Origin: the human T2T-CHM13v2.0 reference genome, Homo sapiens
Direction: 5' to 3' (one strand)
DNA: 64,000 nucleotides
NCBI RefSeq assembly: GCF_009914755.1
Contig: NC_060925.1
Below, one piece after another: positions 15,662 to 28,943 of this stretch; the first letter of the stretch is position 1, and each line of letters opens with the position of its first letter. The notes under the pieces were generated by a model. That model ran no database searches and was not told where the DNA came from. It worked only from the letters and a program-made list of their open reading frames with translations. Made by a program: the position numbers and the translations under genes.

Positions 15662-16011
15662 TTTCTTTTTTTAAAATTTATTTTTGTTTAGAGACAGGGT
15701 CTTGCTCTGTCTCCCAGGCTGAAGTGCAGTGGCACAATTATGGCTCCCTGCAGCCTCAAACTCCTATTCTCAAGTGATTCTCCCACCTCAGCCTCCCAAG
15801 TAGCTGGGACTACAGGCATGTGCCACCAGATCTGGAAAAACAACAACAACAACAACAAAATGTCTGGCTTTTTCTTGTTATTTCTTTTTTCCATAAAGAT
15901 GGAGTCTCACTATGTTGTCCTGGCTGATCTCAAACTCCTTGCCTTAAGTGATCCTCACACTCCAGCCTCCCAAAGTGCTGGAATTATAGGTGTGAGTCAC
16001 CATGCCCTGCT
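15662..16011 (-). mobile_element. AluJ
   Basis: Reverse Alu with J diagnostics (GAGACAGGGTCTTGC, CTGCAGCCTCAAACTCC). Confidence 0.9.
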
Positions 16012-17335
16012 AGGTTACATTGTTTGAGGCATTACTTCACATGTTTATGATGATCTCACCAATGTGTGAGTAATAGTTATTTCAAAGAGTCAGTGGCTGT
16101 AGCCAGCAGGGCTACCTTACCTCTTAGCCTTGTATTCAACCTGCTGTCTTCTTCAAAATGAGAGATCATATTCAATTGTAATATCTTTCTGCCCTGCTAT
16201 TGTTTCTTTCTATTGATAATGTTACACTTGTTAAAATAGTGCTTGAGGGTGCTCTTGCAGTATTTCTTCCATGTGTCTTATTGAAAAGTAACCTTAGAGG
16301 GTTTATGTTGTAGCATTCATTCTTCCTATCATGGCAATCTCTCTTTTTATGTAATAACGATACAATTTTCATTTCCAAGTTTACCTGTCTATTTCAAATA
16401 TTAAGTTTTCTTCTCTATTTTCTGGATCAGAGAATGTATCAAATATCTTGTAAAGATATTTGGTAATCAATATTTGCTCTTTATAAATTTGGTTTTGCAA
16501 GGTCAACCATAGAACTTAATGTTTGAAGGCTTGGACCAAATTCTTTGAATTACACCAGGGCATCAGAAATCCAATCATCTATCTTTTTATTTTTCATTAA
16601 AACTACTTTAATTAAATTAGTAGCATAAAGTATTTAACTGCCCACTAATCACTGAGTATAACAAAAAAGGGACAGACTATATAACACTTCTAAAGAAATA
16701 TAACCACCTGAGTACAAGTTAACTACTTTCAAGTTAGGGGCCATCTGGCTGCAACATCTGTTGCCCATTAGTTGCCAGTATTCATTTGCATGGTCTGGAT
16801 TACTAGATGGGGATAAAGAAGAATTTTCCTCAATAGAAGAGGATCATTCTTTGGACAGGAGTATACTATAACACTGTTTCTTTTTAATAGAAGCTCATAA
16901 TTTATTGCTACATTTAATATTTTCTGTTTGGGGTAATGGTATGTCCTAATGCTCTTGTTCTATCATGAGATAAAAATCTGCTTAAGCCTGCCCACATTGA
17001 ATTGATAGATGGTTACTGAATTTTGTATCAGTAAAGAACTCTTGAACACTGCCTCTACATCCAGTGCTGTGAAAGGGGATATGGGTATGCAGAAATGAAG
17101 ATGACAGAGTTGCTGCCTTCCGTTAGGAATGTAATCAGTAGTATGTCAATAAAAGGCAAGTTGTAGAAGAAATAGGAAGCAGAAGTGAGCTAGGCCAGAA
17201 CATTGTCATGATATGGAGGCTGGTTTTAGTTATAAACAATACAGTTTACTAAAGCCATTTTAATGTGAGATTGATAAGAACATGATGCAGATATAGAGTT
17301 TAAAATGTTAAAGTACAGTCAAAACAGAGTGAAAA

Positions 17336-17425
17336 CTAAAAACTATTATAACCATAACAGAGAGATCAGTTCCTGTCATACTAAAAACTATTATAACCAA
17401 AACAGAGAGATCAGTTCTTGTCATA
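17336..17425. repeat. 45-bp tandem duplication
   Basis: 17336-17380 and 17381-17425 differ at 2 positions. Confidence 0.95.
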
Positions 17426-17881
17426 CTAAAATCTGGATCTCAGGTTTTTAGTCTCTGTCTCTGTTCTTTCCAGCAGCTTCTCTGTTAAACAGTGACTTCT
17501 TCATCTCAACACATTTACCTAATTCTTAGTCAGTGTTGCACATTTTTCCACTTGACCCTGCTTCAGTACAAGAGAAACTCATCTTAGTAAGGCTTTTATT
17601 GTTTTATTGTCTTTGCCTTTTTAAAAAATATTGGTTATCAAAGTTCAGGTTTAATGCTATCACTCTTTCTTTCTCTCCCGTTATTCAAATTATCTTTGTT
17701 AGAACTAGTGGTGTTCTCTACCTGTATTCTCTATTGTAAAAAAATTCCCAGCACTAGACCGAGTTTCTGTGCTTGTTACTCCCCTCTGTCGCGGAAGACT
17801 TTATCTTTCTGTTGCAGCTAACTTGATTTTAAATCAAATTGTTGCCTAGAATATCTCACATCTCTTCTTGCTCATCAAATG

Positions 17882-18332
17882 TGTCAACCTAAATAACCAG
17901 AAAGAGTATCTCTAAAAGAAAATAATATTTATTTAGGAATAGGACATTGCAATGTGAATAAATGTTCCATAGAAAGCGATATTCATATTCAGGAGCATAA
18001 AAGAAGACAAAGGTTTTTAAAGAAAAAAATTAAGAAGATTACATAGTTGTTTGAGATTATTATCTTTGGCTACAAAGGTTAATAACAAAAGTAGTCAGTC
18101 TAAAGTTGCACAAGCAGTTGCTAGGCAGATGTCCTTACAGTAGTATTTTTGCATAAGGTTGAAATGACCTTTGTGCAAAGTAGTGTTTTTTGCAGTCTTT
18201 TATGGTGCTTTTTGTTGTCAGTTATTTATAAATGAGAACTTTTCTCTTTATGGACTTCCTCAGCTCTATTGAAGAGTTGTTTGTTTGTTTTTAACAAAAG
18301 TGACTCTGGTTTTGATCCTGACAACTTTCACA
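17882..18332 (-). mobile_element. ERV1 solo LTR, MER65-like
   Basis: Reverse strand begins TGTGAAAGTTGTCAGGATCAAAACCAGAGTCAC and ends GTTGACA; TSD aatg/aata. Confidence 0.7.
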
Positions 18333-18768
18333 AATACATTCATGATTAAACTTTTCAGAATCATATCTGAAGTTGTTCACTGTAACTTGAAGCGTTCTGT
18401 CCCCCATATGTGCTGGTGAGCTGCCCCTGGCTTTACTGTATCCTAGAAAGTGTATTACTGCCCTGTTCTTACCTTGATGAAAATGCCTTATTTTTCATTC
18501 CATTAGAGTCATTTATATTATTAAGAAAACTTTAAATCATAACTTAGCCATTGCAGTGTTCTGCTTCCTCAATAATTAATTTTTCTAGTTTCTTCTTATC
18601 CCCAAGATTAGCTCTTGCATAGCTATTTCACAGAGCTCTGTTTAAGTGCCCAACATATTTAATTTAATGATTTTGCTGTTTCAAGGATAATAAACTCAAA
18701 TGCCTTTAGGAAGTTTACCTACTTATGTGAAGCCCCAGTATGTAAGTTAATGAATGAAGAATGTATAG

Positions 18769-19141
<373 letters not shown>

Positions 19142-19227
19142 AATAATTTCTTTCAATGAAGTCTTCCACTGAGAACAAACAGGAAATCATAAAAAATATT
19201 TTTCAAAATTTGTATAAAACCACTGTA

Positions 19228-19345
19228 GGCCAGGCGCGGTGGCTCATGCCTGTAATCCCAGCACTTTGGGAGGCCGAGACGGGCAGATCACGAGGTCAGG
19301 AGATCGAGAACATCCTGGCTAACATGGTGAAACCCCATCTCTACT
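19228..19345 (+). mobile_element. AluY-like left arm, 3'-truncated
   Basis: GGCCAGGCGCGGTGG...GAGATCGAG..CATCCTGGCTAAC; stops at TCTCTACT with no linker, right arm or tail. Confidence 0.88.
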
Positions 19346-20136
19346 TATCTTTATTTGAACTGCATTCAGGGCTGAAAGCCTCTCCCTAGGGAGCATTTGT
19401 CACAAACTTTTAGAGGCAAATATTTTAATGCCACAGTTGCCTGAAGAAATGGATAACAATTAAAGCCAAAAAGAGACTAACCAAAAAGCTTAAAAAAAAA
19501 GCTGGGGAAAGAGATGTCCACGGGGACTTTGTAAAGCTCAGACATGCTCTCTGCAATATAGAAGGCATGCACATTTGTCAGTTGTGTGCATGCTCAAGAA
19601 ATATCTGTGAAGGATCAAGCTCTCATCTTTGAACTGCAGACTCTGTGCAAACAGAAAGTAAGGGCTAAGAAAGAGTTAGAAACTACCCAGCTGAGTATTG
19701 AAAGCATGCTCCAACACAAACACACAGGGTCTCTTCAGCAAAAACTGACAGATTCATGCAAGAAAGTCTTTAAGAAATTCTCTGTCCAACCGGGCAACTA
19801 AGCTAATTGTATAGAGACTTCAGTGACCACAAATGATAATAATAATAATGATACATATTTAAAAACAGATTTAATGGAATTAGTTCAGAAAAGTTACTAA
19901 AAATATAATGACTGCAACAAGGAGCAACAACAACAAACCCTGCTTCAGTGGGAAGAGGAGGATTTGATTTTTTGAGCTGTTATATATTTTTAAATGTCTA
20001 TATTTCAATAAAAATTAATTATGTGTGAAGAAACAAGGAAGTATGTCCCATACACTTTGGAAAAGAAGCAATGATGGAAAACGTCTTTGAGGAAGCCCAG
20101 ACATTGGACTTACTAGACAAAGACTTTTTATCAGCT

Positions 20137-20459
20137 ATTTTATTTTTTATTTTTATTTTTTGAGACAGTCTCGCTCTGTCACCCAGGCCAGAGTGCAGTG
20201 GCACCATTTCAGCTCACTGCAACCTCAGCCTCCCAGGTTCAAGGGATCTTCTTGCCTCAGCCTCCTGAATAAATGAGATTATAAGCATCCGCCACCACAC
20301 CTGGCTAATTTTCGTATTTTTAGTAGAGATGCCCACCACCATGCTGGTCTAATCTTTTTATTTTTAGCAGAGAGGTCTTGAACTCCTGACCTCAAGTGAT
20401 CTGTCCACCTCAGCCTCCCAAAGAGGTGGGATTACAGGCATGAGCCACTGCGGCTGGCC
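20137..20459 (-). mobile_element. Rearranged/chimeric AluS
   Basis: Reverse Alu with the linker region present twice (~20290-20330, ~20331-20373) and part of the left arm missing; no TSD visible. Confidence 0.85.
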
Positions 20460-21214
20460 ACAAGAAGATAATCTTGAATGGAACAAGAGAGAAGCAACTT
20501 AACGATAAAAATTATTCTTTGTTGTAATAACAGATCATTTCTTGTCAGAAACCATAGAATCTAGCAGGCAGAGGGATGACATAGAAGGTTAAAAGAAAAG
20601 AAAAAAACATATAAAATTATTGTATATTCAAGCAAAACTATTCTTCATAAATGAAAGAGAAATAAGTCATTCATTAACAGATAAACAAAAGCTAAGAGAA
20701 TTTCTTGGTAGCAAATCAGCCATACCAATAACCCAAAAGACGTGCTTCAAGCTAAAATGAAAGTAATTCAAGTGAAGCAATAAAGAGCACCAACACAGGT
20801 AACTAAGTAGAAGAACAAGAAGTTTTTCTCCTAACTGCTTTAAAATACAACTACGTAAAGCAAAAATTATGTATCTATGCTGATGGAAACCCGATGAATA
20901 AAGTTAGAATTTGTGACTTTAATAGCATAGAGCAGATTGGAGAACAAAATTATGTAGAAACAAAGTAGTTTATATTATGGAAATTAAGTTAATATAAATT
21001 AGATTGTTGTAAATTAAGGTGTTAATGGTGATTCACAAGGCAACCATTATAAAGTAACTCAAAAATATATATTAAAATTATCAAAGGGGAATTAAAATGA
21101 TACACCTGAAAATATCCATTTAACATAAAAGAATGGAATAATGGAGGAATTTGGGAAAAACAGACATTAAGAGATATAGAAAACCACAAAATGGCAGGTA
21201 TAAATAAATTCTAT

Positions 21215-21662
21215 TGTAGAGGATTGAATTTTATCTCCCTAAAGTATATGTCCATCTAGAAAATCAGAATGTAATTTTATTTGGAATGAAAGTTCCTGCA
21301 GATACAATTTCAGTAATGATCCCAAGATGAGATTATATTGGGTGACAGTGAGCCCTAAATCCAATAATGAGTGATGCCCTTATAAGAGACAGAAATGAAA
21401 TGCACACAGAGACAAAGGAAAGAATATCTTGTGATGACCAAGGCAAAAACTGGAATTATGTTGCCTTAAGACAAGAAATACCAAGGATCGCTTGTAGCCA
21501 CCAAAATATAGAAGAGAAGCATGAATAAGACAGCCCTCAGAGATTCTCCAAAAGGCACCCAGACTTCCAACACTTGGATTTTTGGTCTCTAACACTGTTT
21601 CTCTTGTTATAAGCCACCTAATTTGTTGCAATTTGTTATAACAGTTCTAGAATACTCATACA
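21215..21662 (+). mobile_element. MLT1C-like solo LTR inserted in the first codons of L1 ORF2
   Basis: TG...CA termini, GCCCTAAATCCAAT motif, TSD tctat/cctat. Confidence 0.8.
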
Positions 21663-23308
21663 CCTATCTTATTAATAATTCCATTAAATGTAAATGAATT
21701 AAATTCTCTAAATACAAGGCAAATATTAGATAAATTGATTAAAAATACATGATTCAACTATATGCTGTGTATAAAAATGTCATTTACATACAAATACATA
21801 AATAGATTAAAAAGGAAAAGATGGGAAAACCTATTCCATGCAAACGATAACCAAAAGAGAACTAGAGTGTTTATACCATTGTCAGGCAAAATAGACTTTA
21901 AAACAAAGTTGTTAATAGAGGCAAAGTTGGATATTTTATAATAATAAAAAGGGCAATTCATTAATAATATATAGCAATTATAGCTTGATGGGATTTACCA
22001 ACAGATCCTCAAAGTATAGGATAAAAAAAAGCTGACAAAATACAATATGCAATAGGGAGAAACTGATAATCCAACAGTAATAGTTGAAAACTTCAATCTC
22101 CCACTCTCAATAATTGATGAAATAGCTAAGCAGAATTTCAACAAGAGGGTAGAAGACTTTAACACAACAAAACATAGCATATATCTATAGACCATTTCAC
22201 CAACAATAGCACAATACACATTCTCATCAATAATAATAACAAAACATTTTTTGTGATTGGCCATATGTTAATTCATAAAACAAACCTCAAAAAGTTTACA
22301 AGGATTGAAGACCTACAAAGTATTTTCTCAGACAAGCATAAAAGAAACATAAATATAAATATTCGAAGCAAATTTTGGGTTTCACAAATACATTTAAATT
22401 TTAAAATGCACTCCTAAATAACCAATGAGTCAGAAAGAAAATCAAAATGGAAATAAAAAAGATTAACTTTCAGATACATGACAAGAAAAATATAAAATGC
22501 CAACACTACTAAAACTCAGTGAAAACATTGCTCAGAGAAAAATTTAGAGCTGTAATCACTTATATTATCAAAGAAGAAATATTTTAAATAAATAACATAA
22601 TCTTTCGTTTTGAGAAACTATAAAAAGATGAGAAAACTAAACCCAAAATTAGCAGAAAGAAATAACAAAGTGAGGAGATGCATAAAATGGAGAATAGAAA
22701 CAAATACAAATAATTACAAATAATTACAAAATCAAAAATTAATTTGTTGAAAATATTTTTAAAAATTCATAAATCTTTAGCTCCACTGATCTAGCAAGAA
22801 AGTAAGAAGATATGATTTGCTAAAACTCAGAATTAATGAAAGGACGTTACCAGCAAACTTACAGAAATATATATTTTTAAAGTAATGGAATACCGTGACG
22901 AACTCTGTGCCAACAAGTTAGATAGTGTAGATGCGATGGAAAAATTTCTAGAAAGACAGACTAAAACTAAATCAAGAAGAAATAGACAATCTAAATAAAT
23001 CTATAACAAGTAAAACCTTTTTTAGTGATTAAAAACATTTCACACACAAACACATACAGAGAGAGAGAGAGAGAGACTGAGTTCAGGACCACATGGCTTT
23101 ACTAGTAAACTCTGTGAAATATTTAAAGAAGAATTAACACAAATCATTCAAAAAATTTCTTATTAAGTAGAGGAAAAAATAATACTTCCTAATTTACTCT
23201 GTGAGTACTGATCCAATACCAAAATATCACAAGAAAAGAAAGCTACAAGCTGATATTCCTTATATTATAGATGCAAAAATCCTTAACCAAATACTAACAA
23301 ACCAAAGG

Positions 23309-24062
23309 TATAATCATCCAATAGGTTATTGTTGCCCACTGTACAGATAGAACTTATTTACTGAGACAGCAATATTGCAATAGAGAAAGAGTTTAATAAG
23401 TATATGGCCAGCTAAGCAGAAGACTAGAGTTTATTACTCAAATTAGTCTCCCCCAGAATTTGGAGACTTTTTTTTAAGTTCAATTTGGTGGGCAGGAGTT
23501 TAGGGAATAGGTGCTGCTAATTGGTTGGGGATAAAAATAACAAAGGTGTGGAAAGCGGTCCTTGTGCACTGAGTGAGCTTCTGGGTGGGGCCACAGGACC
23601 AGTTGATTCAAGAATCACAGGTTCGGGTTAGAGTCAGTGAGTCCCCAGAAATGCAAAAGTCTGAAAAACACCTTAAAAGAGCAATTTTAGTTTCTACAAT
23701 AATGATGTTATCTATAGTAATAATTACGGAACTTACACATCTTGTGACCTCCAGAATGATGGTAGTTATCATTAGCTACATCTTGGCAGAATTGAGGCCC
23801 CTCTCATAATCCTAACCTTGTAGTCTTTCATTAGTTTTACAAAGGTAGTTTTGGTCTCTGAAAGAAGTAGTTTTGGGAAAGGCTATTATCATCCTTACTT
23901 TAAGGTTCAGCTATAAACTAAATTTCTCTCAAAGTCAGCTTGGCCTATACTTAGAAATGAACAATGACAGCTTGGAGGTCAGCTAGAGGGTCAGCTAAAA
24001 GCAAGAGGGAGTCAAGTGTGTCAGATTTATCTTACTGTCATAATTTTCCAAAGGTTGCTTCA
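23309..24062 (-). mobile_element. LTR8-family solo LTR (ERV1)
   Basis: Reverse strand begins TGAAGCAACCTTTGGAAAATTATGACAGTAAGA; L1 ORF2 sequence resumes on both sides. Confidence 0.75.
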
Positions 24063-24215
24063 AAAAGATTATACAACATGACCAAGTGAAATTTATTCCG
24101 GGAAGACAAGCCTGGTTTAAAATGTAAAACTCAATCTATTTAATATAGCATATTAATAGAATAACAAGGCAAGAAACAACACAATTATCCCAATAGACAC
24201 AGAAAATGCATTTGC

Positions 24216-25837
24216 ATGGATATTTCTAATCTCGCCTTACAGTCAGATAACTGGTTCATCTTTTTCCCCCTTGCTTTTTTTTTCCAGGCTTGTATAAGAG
24301 ACCAGTTTTTTTTTTTTCCTTTAAGAATTGACAGACAATATAGTTGACAAAGATTTTATTACTGGAAATATGTCCTCATCCAGACCTCAAGATAGGGTTC
24401 TTGAAGCTCACACAAGAAATAATTCAGGGTGAGTCCCCAGTGCAAAGTAAAAGCAAGTTTATTAAGAAAATAGAGAAATAAAAGAATTGCTACTCCATAG
24501 ACAGAGCAGCACCGAGGACTGCTAGTTGCTTATGTTTATGGTTATTTCTTGATTATATGCTAAACAAGGGGTAGAATTATTCATACCTCCCCTCACTAGA
24601 CCACATAGAGTAACTTCCTGATGTTGCCATAGCATTCGTAAACTATCATGGTGCTGGTGGGAGGGTAGCAGTGAGGACAACCAGAGGTAACTCTCATGGC
24701 CATCTTGGTTTGGGTGGGTTTTAGCCAGCTTCTTTACTGCAACTTGTTTTATCAGCAAGGAGTTTATGACCTGTATCTTGTGCAGACCTCCTATCTCATC
24801 CTGAGACTTAGAATATCTTAACCATCTGGGAATGAAACCCAGCAATTCTCAGCCTCATTTTACCTAGCTCCTATTAAAGATGGAGTTGCTCTGGTTCACA
24901 TGCCTCAGAGAGTATGAAAAGAGGAGTTTCAGTTAACCTAGAGGTTCCCATGGGAGAAACAAAATCAAATGGAGGAAGAAGACAGGACTAATCCTCATAA
25001 TTTTTTTTTTTTCTGAAAATGGTCCAAGTCTATGAGACAGGTTTGGACACAGGGACTTTTATACTCAATTTGAAATTCCCACCACAGAAATATTCTTTAT
25101 TATCTAAGGGATTGGTTGATTATTATGGTGGAAATGAAGCCCTTGAAGCTTTCCTCTGTTGCAGAAACAATCCAGGTCAAAGGGAGTGGGTTCATCAAAA
25201 GGCTGGTATAAAAGTGAATAATTTCTTTTCTAATAACCTGGAAGTTTAGAGTAAAGGCAGACATGTCAGTGCACAGGTTTCTTTAGTTTTGGACTCCTCA
25301 GTCTTAACTTAAAATCCATATAAGAAGGTCTTCTTGGTCTGTAGCTGTTCTAGCTTTAAACACTTGGAACTGTTCGCCTTCTGCGAGGAGTTTATCCACT
25401 GTTGTCACTGTAATTATAAGTTATTTTTGGTAAGGTTTACCCCTTTCTCTAGAAAAGGACAGGTTATGAGTTCATAGGTCTTACATGTGAAATTGGTTGT
25501 AGTTCCCCATGGAGCAGTTCTAGGCTCCTTGGATCCATATGAGCTCATGATTCCCTGTCTTTGTGAAACCTCACCTACCTAAGGCATTCTACTGGACCCA
25601 GTTCAATTTATGTCATGATTCTGAACCCATTCCAAATAGAAAATGCTCAAATAAAGTCAAAAAGTTCAAATACACCAGTTTGCAAAGTTTGAATGTGAGA
25701 AGAACTTACCCATGACCTCCAGTTGCTATGAGAGAGCAATGAGCATAATGGACCCAGCGGGTGCTTTTGCTTTGTTCACTCTGTGCTCCCAGGGATTGCT
25801 GGAGGTCTTCCTTAGATTTCTTTCATGATATTAAACT
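24216..25837 (-). mobile_element. ERV1 (MER4-group) internal leader fragment
   Basis: Directly downstream of the LTR at 25838-26403 with a decayed PBS-like junction; non-L1 sequence interrupting the L1MB. Confidence 0.55.
24357..24911 (-). mobile_element. MER41A-type solo LTR
   Basis: Reverse strand GAGGCATGTGAACCAGAGCAACTCCATCTT; GGGGAGGTATGAATAAT junction lacks the MER41B GAS-containing segment. Confidence 0.85.
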
Positions 25838-26403
25838 GGTAAAATATAACTTTAGACAAATTAAAATTAAAATAATTTATTTGGGCAAAGAAAAATTCAT
25901 GAATTTGGGCGTCACTCAGAACCAGAAGATGTTCAGAAAGCTCTGACCAACAGTATGAGCACTGAATCTTTTATGGGTTGAGCACAGATGCAAGGTAGAA
26001 AAACGACCTAATTGGCTACTTCTAGGCATGTATCCTATTTGGGCATGGTGTGGTTAGTTGGCTGATTATATTTGGTCGAAGCCTGGCTTTTTATGATTAC
26101 TGAAATCTGGTTACTTTTTTACTCTCTCTCTCTCTCTCTATATATATATGTGTGTGTGTGTATATATATATACACACTCATATATGTATATATTTAATAT
26201 AAATAGAAATATATACTAATATATAAATATATGTAGTTTTATATATATTACTATATATACATATATATATGTATGTGTATATCCTCCTAGGTTACATTTC
26301 AGTCTGTTTATGTATTAAATTAGGTTGCAGGGTTTTTTAACATAGAAACTCAAGGTACGGAGACAGCCACAGGCTAAGGGCATCCTGCTTATTTAATTTA
26401 ACA
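25838..26403 (-). mobile_element. ERV1 5' LTR, MER57/MER93-like
   Basis: Reverse strand begins TGTTAAATTAAATAAGCAGG and ends TTTAATTTGTCTAAAG..; contains a compound microsatellite. Confidence 0.65.
26122..26282. repeat. (TC)n(TA)n(TG)n compound microsatellite / TA-rich tract
   Basis: Directly visible. Confidence 0.9.
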
Positions 26404-27244
26404 ATGATAAGCAACCAAAGAATAAATAGATACATTAAAATTTATTAAAATTACAACCATTTTATTTGTTAAAGATGCTATTAAAAGTGTGAAAAGACAA
26501 TCTCCACAGAATGGGAGAAATATTTGTAAATGTCATATCTGGGAAGAGTATAGTAACCATAATATATAAAGAACTCCTAAAACTCAAGAAAAAAAAGTAG
26601 GAAATGGGCCAAGTATTAAAACAAACATTTCTGCAAAACAGTTATACAGATATGCAATAAGCACATGAAAAGGTGTCAACATCATTTGTTGTTAGGAAAT
26701 GCAAAGCAAAAGCACATTAAGATATCACTTTCTACCTGATAAAACAACTATAACTAAAAAACAAACATAGAAGTAGAAAAGAACAAGGGTTGGCAAAGAT
26801 GTGGAGAAATTGGAAACCTCATACATTGCTGACAAGAATATTAATTTGTGCAGCTACTGTGAAAAATTTGCCTGTTCCACAAAAAGTTGAACAGCAGTTG
26901 CAACTCTGGGCATATCCTTAAGAGAATTGAAAACATATGCTTACACAAAAACTTGTATATGAATGCTGATATACAAGCAGTGTTATTCACAATAGCCAGA
27001 AAGTAAATACAATCCAAATGTTCTTTAGCTGATAAATGGCCAAACAGTATGTGATATATTGATACAATGAAATATTTTTCAGCTATATAAAGTTATTAAG
27101 TATTGTTACATGACACCATGTGGACAAACCTTGAAAACAGTATTCTACAGGAAAGAAATCAGACATAAGAAGTCACACACCTTATTCTTTTCATGTGAAA
27201 TGTGGAGATAGTGTATGTATATAGAGACATAAAGCAGAATAATA

Positions 27245-27611
27245 CAGATGCTCCTTGACTTACAGTGGGGTTATGTCATGATAAACGCACTGTAAGTTGA
27301 AAATATCTTATCAAAAATGCATTTAATATGTCTTATCTAATGAACACCATACCTTAGCCAAACCTACCTTAAACATGCTCAGAATCCTTACATTAGCCTA
27401 CTAGTTGGGCAAAATCATATAACAACAAGACTATTTTCATAATAATGTGCTGAATATCTAATGTAATTTATTGAATACTGTACTGAAAGTGAAAAAGAAA
27501 ATGGTTGTATGGGTACTTGAAGTGTTGTTTCCACTGAATGCATATTGCTTTCACCTTATTATAAAGTTAAAAAAATTGTACATGGAGCCATTGAAAGCCA
27601 AGGACCATCTA
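27245..27611. mobile_element. MER47A-like Tigger-family MITE
   Basis: CAGATGCTCCTTGACTTAC start, GGACCATCT end, TA on both sides, ~365 bp. Confidence 0.85.
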
Positions 27612-28567
27612 TAGTTGCCAGGGGCTGGGAGAGAGATGGGGGAGTGGAGAGTGTCTGTTAATGACTCTGAGTTTCTTTTGTCTTTTGAGAATGATAACAT
27701 ATTCTTGAATTAGATAGTAATGACGGTTGTACAACTCTGTGAATATATTAAAACCCACTAAATTGTACATTTTAAAGTTGTGAATTTTACTGGGTATGAA
27801 TTACGTCTCAATTAAAAATAGAGGAAGAAAGAGAGATAAGGCTGAAAAATGGGATTTTGTCAAATTAAAAAAAAATTTGGATAACATTAAGGAGTTGGAA
27901 TTTATTTTTGATATTAGGTATTCATTAAAACATTTTAAGCAGGAAAGTACAAAGTTTTGTTTTTAGCCAGAGAGTAGTTCGTAGAAGATCTGAAACAAGA
28001 ACTGTAGGTATTCAGGACAGAGAACAACCTAGAAAAGAACAAGGACAAATATAAAAAAACAGAGCTAGCTAGATTTGGAAATAGCAGGTTGACCTGATGA
28101 AAAAACACATCACTTTGGTCTATAAACCAAACATGTGAGTAGATGACTCTTAAGTCATTAATTTATAATAAAATATTATAAATAATTGAGTATTTTGAAT
28201 TATGTGGAGTAATTAAGTCATATTGATAAAATTAGCACATGCCAAAATGTCTTACTTTTTAAAATGTTTTAACACAGAGCTCAAGAGAAATGCAATAAAT
28301 AACCAACTCCTATGTATCATAAATAATTATTAAAATATATTTTCTTCAATGTTAGCAAATAACTAAGCATCACATTTTACAGATTTACAGAGGAATCACA
28401 GCTTCTTAAATTAATATTCATAAATATTTAAATGATATCTGACTTTGAATTCTGTGAGGGCAGAAACTGTAGCTCCAGTGTCCAATTATGTGCCTGCTTC
28501 ATCAAAGATATTTTATTTAAGACATTGTTGAATACTAAAATATATAATAAATGTTATGCTTGAGTTA

Positions 28568-28768
28568 ATAATTGTAATAACTAACATTTATCTAGCACCC
28601 CCTATGTCCTGGGTATTATGACAAGGACTTTGAAAGCATCATCACGTTTATTTCCTTCAACCATACCGTGAAGTTTTTTAAAAATACTATTATTAATCTT
28701 CATTTTACAGTGAGGCAACTGAAGCTTGAAGAAATTAAATGACTTGTTCAATGTCACATAGACAAGGA
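28568..28768 (-). mobile_element. MIR
   Basis: CATTTTACAG-TGAGGCAACTGAAG reverse core and TAACATTTAT 3' end. Confidence 0.75.
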
Positions 28769-28943
28769 CTCAGGGCCAGGCTGAGTTTAGGGTGAGGCTT
28801 GTGAGACAGGGCTGTACAACTACAGGGTAAGTTCCTGTCTTTATTTAAAAGTTTCATATTTTGTTCATTGTGGGGTGGTTTTAGGGCATCAACTTCAATT
28901 TTTAAAATATTACATGAAAATAATATTTATTTTGATTATTGAG

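Larger units (their letters stand above)
19346..27818 (+). mobile_element. Old near-full-length L1 (L1MB7/8-like) with nested insertions and deletions
   Basis: Colinear ORF1 remnants (~20030-20760), ORF2 start (ATGGCAGGT ~21191), endonuclease/RT remnants to ~24215, and a 3' end 26404-27818 finishing GAATTACGTCTCAATTAAAAA. Confidence 0.75.

Noticed and set aside
24357-24911. Interferon-inducible MER41 enhancer
   Set aside because: This copy has the MER41A structure without the tandem TTCnnnGAA STAT1 segment of MER41B.
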